Source: an uncultured Clostridia bacterium (GTDB lineage Bacteria > Bacillota > Clostridia > Christensenellales > DTU072). Taken from it: DNA of 64,000 bases. This document shows, piece by piece, positions 57,823 to 64,000 of this stretch. Location: the NCBI GenBank assembly GCA_944372665.1, contig CALVZV010000002.1:10053-74052 (forward strand). Reading direction: 5' to 3'. Each line of letters begins with the position of its first letter. Positions within the stretch are counted from its first letter, which is position 1. The notes beneath the pieces were generated by a model. That model was not told the DNA's origin and did not search any database. It saw only the letters and a list, made by a program, of their open reading frames with translations. Position numbers and translations under genes: made by a program.

Positions 57823-59777
57823 TATCGACCCTTTACGTTTGCCGCCTCGGGCGCGGGACGCTGACCGATATCGTCCAGAGCGTTCAACCCATAATATTTT
57901 GCGGTTTTGGGCTTTACCATACCGTTTTCGTCCCAGCCGCGCGCGAAATAGAAATTCTTTTTCAGCTTTGCCTGAGGCACTTTTGTCCTGGGATCGCCGG
58001 GGACCTGTTCGCAGTCGGTAAGGCGCTTGGGCAGCTTGTCGTCTTTGGCGGAAATGCCGATCCTGGAGTTTATCATTCGTTCCAGGTTAAAGCCTCTGGC
58101 GCCGATACGCATCAGACCGCCCATAGTGATCTTCATGCCCGTTGCCGCCTGCAACGCTTTCGTGTGCGGAAGCATACTCGTAAGATGTATGTGCGCCAGA
58201 TGCGGGTATTTGTTAATGATATGCAGCGGACCTCCGAGATAGGGGAGCAGCTTGTTTACGGTCTTGGAAAGCAGACTGTTGGGACGTTTGAACAGGAAGA
58301 AAGGGAAGAACGCATAAGTGGTGAACAGACAGTTGCCGCCCGCGCTGACCGCTTCCATCAGGTTTTGGAACATCACGGCGATCTCCGCCTTGCCGTGGAC
58401 GGTGTAGGGGTCTATGGTAAGTCCCAGACCTTCTACCACAACTTCGTAGCCGGCGTTCAGGTGACAGCCGCCGCGGTTCGCCACCGAGTATCCAAGTCCC
58501 TGACCTACGGCGCCGCGCGGTTCGTATGCGGAAAGCTCCATTCCCTTTACCTGTATGCAGAATTCCTCGCCGCCGAATTCTTCGGAAAGCCTTTTTGCGC
58601 CTTCGGCAAGCTTGTTGCCCGTTTCGCCGGAGCGGAAGGCAATTTCTTTCAGAATTTCGGAGATATTGTCCGTTTTTCCGAATTCAAGTCCGCACTTCCA
58701 CAGACCTTTTTCGTTAAGCTCCATAGCGAAAGCTATAGTACCCGAAGCGGATATCGTGTCCATTCCGAGTTCGTCCATTTCGTAATTCCACTTTATTATC
58801 TGTCCGAGGTCGTCGTTAAGGATGTTCGCGCCCATTAGTCCCATGATCTCGACCTCGGGACCTTTGACGAGTTTTCCTTCCACCTCCACGACGCGCGCGC
58901 AACGGATAGGGCATGAGATGCAGCCTTTGTTCCGCACCAGGAATTTTTCCGCCATTTCTTCGCCGGTTATCGAGGCGTACTTTTCGTAGCGCCCGTCCGA
59001 GAAGTTTTTGGTGGCGAGCAGCCTTTTTTGCTGCATGCTGGCTATCAGCGCGGCAGTTCCCAGTCTTGGCAGCTGTTCGCCCGTTAAAGGATGCGTTTTA
59101 AGGCGCTTTGTCCATTTTTTCTTGATTCTGTTCAGCGCTTCGGGGTCGCGTACGGCGGGGTTTAAAGTACCCGTTACCGCTATGGCTTTAAGGTTTTTAG
59201 AGCCCATTACGGCGCCGATCCCGCCGCGCCCCGCAGCGCGTTCGTCGCTGACCGCGCACGCATATCTGACCAGATTTTCACCCGCGGGACCTATGACGAG
59301 TTTACTGCTTTTCCCGCCGATCTCCGTCTGGGTATCCGTCGTGGTCTTGCCGCGCAGGAATTCCGCGTCTTTAAACGTCACGGCGCCGTTAGCGATGTCC
59401 AGATATACAAACGACGGACTTTTTCCCGTAATTACCAGCGCGTCTATACCGGCGCGTTTCAGCGTACAGCCGAAACTTCCGCCGCAGTTGCTGCTGGTCA
59501 GCAGCCCCGTCAGAGGGGAAACCGAGCTGACGTTGAACCGCGAAGAGGAAGGACAGCCCGTTGCGTTCAGAGGACACGACGATACGACCAGGACGTTTTC
59601 TTCGCCGAGAGGGTCCAGAGGACCTTTTATAAAATCGTTCAGGATTCTGGCGGCAAGTATCTTTCCGCCCAGGAAAAGCTTCAGGTCGCCGTCGTTTACC
59701 GGATATTCTCCGACCTTTTGCGTAGTAAGGTCTATTTTCAATACTTTCCCCGCATAAGCGCCGTATGAAGTTGCCAT
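57822..59777 (-). CDS. aor: Aldehyde:ferredoxin oxidoreductase (AOR/WOR family, probably tungsten)
   Basis: SPLTG....SN.GG, IGPAGEN, GRGG.GAVMGSKNLKA, C.SCPI.C, G.DTIS.G, RGGCH; ATG 59777 with SD GGAGG. Confidence 0.93.
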   Translation of the reverse strand: MATSYGAYAGKVLKIDLTTQKVGEYPVNDGDLKLFLGGKILAARILNDFIKGPLDPLGEENVLVVSSCPLNATGCPSSSRFNVSSVSPLTGLLTSSNCGGSFGCTLKRAGIDALVITGKSPSFVYLDIANGAVTFKDAEFLRGKTTTDTQTEIGGKSSKLVIGPAGENLVRYACAVSDERAAGRGGIGAVMGSKNLKAIAVTGTLNPAVRDPEALNRIKKKWTKRLKTHPLTGEQLPRLGTAALIASMQQKRLLATKNFSDGRYEKYASITGEEMAEKFLVRNKGCISCPIRCARVVEVEGKLVKGPEVEIMGLMGANILNDDLGQIIKWNYEMDELGMDTISASGTIAFAMELNEKGLWKCGLEFGKTDNISEILKEIAFRSGETGNKLAEGAKRLSEEFGGEEFCIQVKGMELSAYEPRGAVGQGLGYSVANRGGCHLNAGYEVVVEGLGLTIDPYTVHGKAEIAVMFQNLMEAVSAGGNCLFTTYAFFPFFLFKRPNSLLSKTVNKLLPYLGGPLHIINKYPHLAHIHLTSMLPHTKALQAATGMKITMGGLMRIGARGFNLERMINSRIGISAKDDKLPKRLTDCEQVPGDPRTKVPQAKLKKNFYFARGWDENGMVKPKTAKYYGLNALDDIGQRPAPEAANVKGR

Positions 59778-59891
59778 AACGCCTCCGTTAAGCGGAAAAC
59801 CGCTCAAAAAAATTCCGTACCCACATTTTAGCACAATCGCGCGATTTGTTCAATACTCAATTAGACACGCACGTACGGCTGCGGATGCGTA

Positions 59892-59920
59892 TTGACAAAA
59901 CGCGCGTTCGGACATACAAT
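59892..59920 (+). promoter_or_regulatory. Sigma-A promoter of moeB-like gene
   Basis: TTGACA-17bp-TACAAT. Confidence 0.7.
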
Positions 59921-59964
59921 ATAATCCGGAGCGGATGTTTTTACTGCCGCGTGTTGAGGGAAAA

Positions 59965-60756
59965 ATGGACGAAAGATTAAAAAGGAATATCGGCGCCATA
60001 ACTTTCGAGGAACAGAACCTTCTTTCGCAAAAGACGGTGTTCGTTGCCGGATGCGGCGGTCTGGGCGGTTTTGTGGCGGAAATGCTCAGTAGGATAGGGA
60101 TAGGCAAACTCATATTGTGCGATTTCGACGAATTCTGCGACTCGAACTATAACCGTCAGGTGTTCTGCATAGGCAGGACCATGGGCAAGAACAAAGCCGA
60201 AGGCATAGCCGAGCTGTTCAGGGAAGACGACCGCTGCGAAGTGGTCGCGTATGCCGAGCGCATAACGCCGCTGAACGCGCTTACGCTCATCGAAGGCGCG
60301 GACGTGGTGGTGGACGCGCTGGACAATATGCGTGCGCGCTACGATCTTCAGCACGCCTGTAAAAAAGCCGGCATCCCCATGGTAACTGGCGGTGTCAGCC
60401 ATTGGCACGGACACGTTTCCACGATATTTCCCGGCGACGATACGTTAAAAAAGATATTCGGCAACGCCCGCGAGGAGACAAAGCCTAGCGTCGTCTGTTT
60501 TGCTGCCGGAGTCATCGGCTGCAACCAGGCTGCGGAGGCGGTCAAGGTGCTGCTCGGGCGGCCCGGACTGAGGGGGAAACTACTTATAGTCGATCTCAAC
60601 GGCATGATGGCAAGGGTGCTTCCGCTGGCAGCCCAACCGAAAAAGATATTGAGGGTCAACAGCTCCGATTTAGGGAAAAGACGTGCCAGGAGAAAGCGTA
60701 GAAGACACGCAGAATCCGAAAATACGGAAACCGTAATCATAGAAACGGATACCTGA
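59965..60756 (+). CDS. HesA/MoeB/ThiF family adenylyltransferase
   Basis: GCGGLGG, D.D.F..SN.NRQ, VVDALDN...R; no Zn-binding CxxC pairs; basic C-terminal tail. Confidence 0.9.
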   Translation: MDERLKRNIGAITFEEQNLLSQKTVFVAGCGGLGGFVAEMLSRIGIGKLILCDFDEFCDSNYNRQVFCIGRTMGKNKAEGIAELFREDDRCEVVAYAERITPLNALTLIEGADVVVDALDNMRARYDLQHACKKAGIPMVTGGVSHWHGHVSTIFPGDDTLKKIFGNAREETKPSVVCFAAGVIGCNQAAEAVKVLLGRPGLRGKLLIVDLNGMMARVLPLAAQPKKILRVNSSDLGKRRARRKRRRHAESENTETVIIETDT

Positions 60757-60906
60757 AATAAGTAGTCTCATTATTACAATTAACTTGTCGCCATAATGCC
60801 GAGGTGTTCGACCGCTTGCGGCGATTCGGTGAATATACTTCGGATTGCGCTTTATGCGCAGCGGTTATTTCGGAGAACCGATTTCGCATACTGCGCCGGA
60901 GGTTGT

Positions 60907-61977
60907 ATGCTAACTTACACATATTTCGGAAAAGACGATTTCAGGCTGACGGAAAAACCGATGCCTGAGTTGAAGCGCGATACTGACGCGCTGGTTAAGA
61001 TTACTTTGAGCAGCATCTGCACAAGCGATCTGCACATCATGCACGGCAGCGTCGGACGCGCCGTACCGGGGATCACGGTTGGTCACGAAGCCGTAGGTAT
61101 CGTCGCCGAAACGGGCGCCGATGTTAAAAACGTCAAAAAAGGCGACAGGGTGTCGGTCAACGTCGAAACCTTCTGCGGCGAATGCTGGTACTGCCGCAGG
61201 GGCTACGTCAATAACTGCATATCTCCTTTCGGGGGCTGGGCTTTGGGCTGCCGCATCGACGGAATGCAGGCGGAGTACGTACGCGTACCTTTTGCCGACA
61301 CCGCGCTCACCGTTATCCCCGAAAACGTAAGCGACCGACAGGCTCTGCTTGCGGGCGATATTCTGGCTACGGGATTTTGGGCGGCGAAAATCTCCGAGAT
61401 AAAAAAGGACGACAGCGTGCTGGTGATAGGGGCAGGTCCGACCGGCGTGTGCTGTGCGCTGTCGGCACTGCTTAAGGAACCGCGCCGCGTGTATATTTGC
61501 GATGTCGACGAAAGCCGACTCGGTTTCGTCAAGGAACATTATCCCGGAATCGCGGCGCTTAGGTCGGATGAGGTTGAGGAGCGTTTGCGGGCGGAATGCC
61601 CGTTAAAAGGTGCTGACATCGTGATAGAAGCGGCAGGCACCGACAAATCCTTCCGTCTTGCCTGGGAGGCGGCGCGGCCGAACGCGGTGGTCTCGATCGT
61701 CGCCATGTACGACGCGCCTCAGGTTTTGCCGTTACCGGAAATGTACGGCAAGAATCTGACATTCAAAACGGGCGGCGTGGACGGATCGGACGCAAAAGAG
61801 ATACTGGAACTCATATCCGCAGGCAAACTCGACGTATCGGCGTTGATAACGCATACTTTTCCGCTGTCAGAAGCATCGGCTGCTTATGAACTGTTCGCTT
61901 CGCGCAGCGACGGAGTAATGAAGATAGCATTGGATTGCGAGGGGAAAAATGATTTCCTTTTTCGAGGCGGGGCGTGA
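60907..61977 (+). CDS. Zinc-dependent alcohol dehydrogenase (MDR family)
   Basis: IC.SDLH, GHE.VG, CGECWYC......NC, DIL.TG, GAGP.G; SD GGAGG. Confidence 0.93.
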   Translation: MLTYTYFGKDDFRLTEKPMPELKRDTDALVKITLSSICTSDLHIMHGSVGRAVPGITVGHEAVGIVAETGADVKNVKKGDRVSVNVETFCGECWYCRRGYVNNCISPFGGWALGCRIDGMQAEYVRVPFADTALTVIPENVSDRQALLAGDILATGFWAAKISEIKKDDSVLVIGAGPTGVCCALSALLKEPRRVYICDVDESRLGFVKEHYPGIAALRSDEVEERLRAECPLKGADIVIEAAGTDKSFRLAWEAARPNAVVSIVAMYDAPQVLPLPEMYGKNLTFKTGGVDGSDAKEILELISAGKLDVSALITHTFPLSEASAAYELFASRSDGVMKIALDCEGKNDFLFRGGA

Positions 61978-62171
61978 AACCGGAAAAGAACTATTCCGAC
62001 GGAGAGCCTGATCTTGTTTTAATAAAAGCTGCAAAGCATCGTCAAACGATAGGAAGCGATATTTTTCGCATTGACTTTTACAAAATACGTACTAAACTAA
62101 GTCTTCCGAAACGGCTAAATCCGAGAGATTCATTTCCGTTCAACGATAATACCTAAGTGAACGACGGCAAA

Positions 62172-62240
62172 AATAATACGAACCCGTTTCCAAAGTTCGT
62201 ATTATTCGCTAATGGCGGAGCGTGTGTAACGTAAATCGAA
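62172..62240. mobile_element. Probable att junction/left boundary of an AT-rich integrated element
   Basis: 12-bp IR AATAATACGAAC/GTTCGTATTATT next to a tRNA-3'-like string on the minus strand (TTCGATT...CTCCGCCA); base composition becomes sharply AT-rich to the right. Confidence 0.55.
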
Positions 62241-62291
62241 TATATCTCTATTTCTCGCCATGCTTGCTGTATAAATTCTAGATATTACAAT

Positions 62292-62486
62292 CTATTTTTC
62301 TGATTTAAATTGTGGTTTAATTACTTCATTTATAGATGTTTCATTAGTAAGACGAACTAAATTTACATCGCTTTGCGAAAGCGTAATTGTGCGATTACTA
62401 CTTGATGCTCCAGTCGATGTTATTTTATAAGGGCCGACATAATCAATACTTGTTACATAAGGGATCTTTTTATTTAAGTTTTCCAT
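62292..62486 (-). CDS. Small hypothetical protein (64 aa) coupled to the protease gene
   Basis: ATG 62486 with SD GAGG, 1 nt after the upstream stop; AT-rich. Confidence 0.6.
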   Translation of the reverse strand: MENLNKKIPYVTSIDYVGPYKITSTGASSSNRTITLSQSDVNLVRLTNETSINEVIKPQFKSEK

Positions 62487-62487
62487 A

Positions 62488-63591
62488 TTATACCTCACTA
62501 TAATCTATCCAACCTGAAGAGCTTAATGTTAAGTTTGCTGCAAGACTCATATCAGGGTTACGCCAAAACAGTATATCAATATTATTATATACAGATTTGG
62601 CAAAATACGTGCTTTCTACTGAAGCCATGAATGCCTTTTTCTTTAAAGCGGACCTAGTTGTAACAGGTACATTATTTGCATGATTTACTATTATTTGTTG
62701 CGCTATATGAGGTGGCGTTCCTGCAGGCAAGTTAACAACAGGAATTTGATTAATCATTGCACTTGCTTGTGGATCTTCCATAATTTCTTTTATAACATCA
62801 AATGTATTTTCACATTTCATTTCAGCAGAAATATCCAACCAGATTTTCCACATCAAATCCTCAAGTTTTTTATCGGGATAAACAATATTAAGTCCCATAT
62901 CAAAGGCTTCTTTTCTACTTACAGCATACCCATGATGATAATACGAAGTGTTTAATGCTTTAGATATTGCTTTCGCTTTGTTTTTATCCTGTATATGGGT
63001 ACTCAGCATCTTTTCACTTAACGTAAGCGAAAGTTGCTGCCCTCTTTTAGCACTACCAATTGGCAATGACCCTACATCATTTATGAGTGGAGAAATTGCA
63101 GAAATTAAATGCTGTTGATCTGAGATGCCAACATCGCTTTTTATAAAATCAATAAAGTTGCGTAAGTCTTCCGAACTAAATTGCAATTGCTCTTGTTGAC
63201 CATGTCCATTTTGCCTAGTAACAGTTAATTGTGGATCAACAGGTCCTAAATTAGAAAATGGATGCATAATAATTTCATCTGCGCCGAGTGACAAAATAGT
63301 AGCAGCACTATAGGCAACATAAGGAAGAAGCACGGAAATATGCTCAAACCTTTCACGGAGTAATCCTATTATTCTTAAAGAGGTAATAGGGTCTCCTCCG
63401 TTGCTAATAATTAAGAAATCAATTTCTTTAGATTTTATTGGAATGTTATTTATTTGTTCGATTATTGGAGCAATTGAGTCACCAGCCATTTGGCAGCTCA
63501 ATTTAGGTCGTATTGATGTTACATATACAATCAACGGTCTTTTCCTAATATTATAAATGGATTTATATAATTTTTTTCTATCTGAATACAT
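62488..63591 (-). CDS. ClpP/crotonase-fold serine protease (SDH_sah family)
   Basis: I.S.GG, AYSAAT..SLGADEI.M...S.LGPVDPQ, HG(Y)..S..EA..MGL; SD AAGGTG. Confidence 0.85.
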   Translation of the reverse strand: MYSDRKKLYKSIYNIRKRPLIVYVTSIRPKLSCQMAGDSIAPIIEQINNIPIKSKEIDFLIISNGGDPITSLRIIGLLRERFEHISVLLPYVAYSAATILSLGADEIIMHPFSNLGPVDPQLTVTRQNGHGQQEQLQFSSEDLRNFIDFIKSDVGISDQQHLISAISPLINDVGSLPIGSAKRGQQLSLTLSEKMLSTHIQDKNKAKAISKALNTSYYHHGYAVSRKEAFDMGLNIVYPDKKLEDLMWKIWLDISAEMKCENTFDVIKEIMEDPQASAMINQIPVVNLPAGTPPHIAQQIIVNHANNVPVTTRSALKKKAFMASVESTYFAKSVYNNIDILFWRNPDMSLAANLTLSSSGWIDYSEV

Positions 63592-63721
63592 TTTATGTCA
63601 CCTTTATAATTTCTATTTAAAATTATTTTAACACAAAAATGGATTTTTTGCAAATTTTAATGCCAATCATTAAAAATGATTGTCTCCAATAATCATCGTT
63701 GATTAAATCATAATTTATATT

Positions 63722-64000
63722 TTTCAAGCAATCAACGCCGTTATCGGCAAAGGGGGAATTAACATTCATTTACAAATTAGACAAATTCAGTCGTAACAAG
63801 TACGAAATGGCTAGCGGAACACAAGAAAACGCTAAAAGACAACGGAGTAAAAGTTATATCGGCAACGGAATATATTCCAGATTCGCCAAAGCCATTATTC
63901 TCGAGAGTATGCTCGAAGGGTAGAATAATAAAAATGGACATAATACAAAATAAGAAAAGCAGTCTGGATTTAACGAAAAACGACATCTAAACTTTAGGGA
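63722..64000 (+). pseudogene. Degraded serine recombinase (resolvase catalytic domain) fragment
   Basis: From 63768 it reads IYKLDKFSRNKYEMA / frameshift / HKKTLKDNGVKVISATEYIPDSP / frameshift / IILESMLEG-stop (63921-63923), matching the YKLDRFSRN...GV...SATE...LE..LEG pattern. Confidence 0.8.

Noticed and set aside
59778-59964. Moco/Wco riboswitch upstream of aor
   Set aside because: The short divergent gap holds promoters, and I could not recognise the riboswitch structure; an Rfam scan would settle it.
61974-62156. 60-aa ORF after the ADH
   Set aside because: No motif, and it spans a putative promoter in a mixed-composition spacer; unsupported.
63777-63986. 69-aa minus-strand ORF
   Set aside because: Antisense shadow of the recombinase remnant.

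Overview
Chromosomal segment from a moderately GC-rich Firmicute (Clostridia-like; a Christensenellales-type gut lineage is my inference from gene style). Left to right: a truncated membrane-anchored purple-acid-phosphatase-type gene, nnrD, a ~460-bp decayed palindrome, initiator tRNA-Met, a dnaN with no dnaA or recF beside it, a PIG-L deacetylase/hypothetical/lpdA group, a GlmM fused to only the acetyltransferase half of GlmU, and a 4173-aa surface protein (Ig-like, InlB-B/Flg_new and GLUG-like repeats). Then come birA-bioY-oadB-oadG with a BirA-type operator, cysE-cysS, several membrane and hypothetical genes, and radC. An AT-richer divergent sugar cluster follows (rmlA, rmlB, VioA-like aminotransferase, three ATP-grasp enzymes, GT2, and a WecF-like GT fused to an apparently inactive PglD-like domain). 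After it are a split MMPL pair with TetR, a second decayed palindrome, a BclA-like collagen gene, an aldehyde:ferredoxin oxidoreductase/pterin-cofactor operon lacking moaE, and a Zn-alcohol dehydrogenase. The window ends in an AT-rich island with an att-like junction, a ClpP-like SDH protease plus a small ORF, and a degraded serine recombinase. No CRISPR array or rRNA seen. All calls are by motif recognition only; no searches were run.
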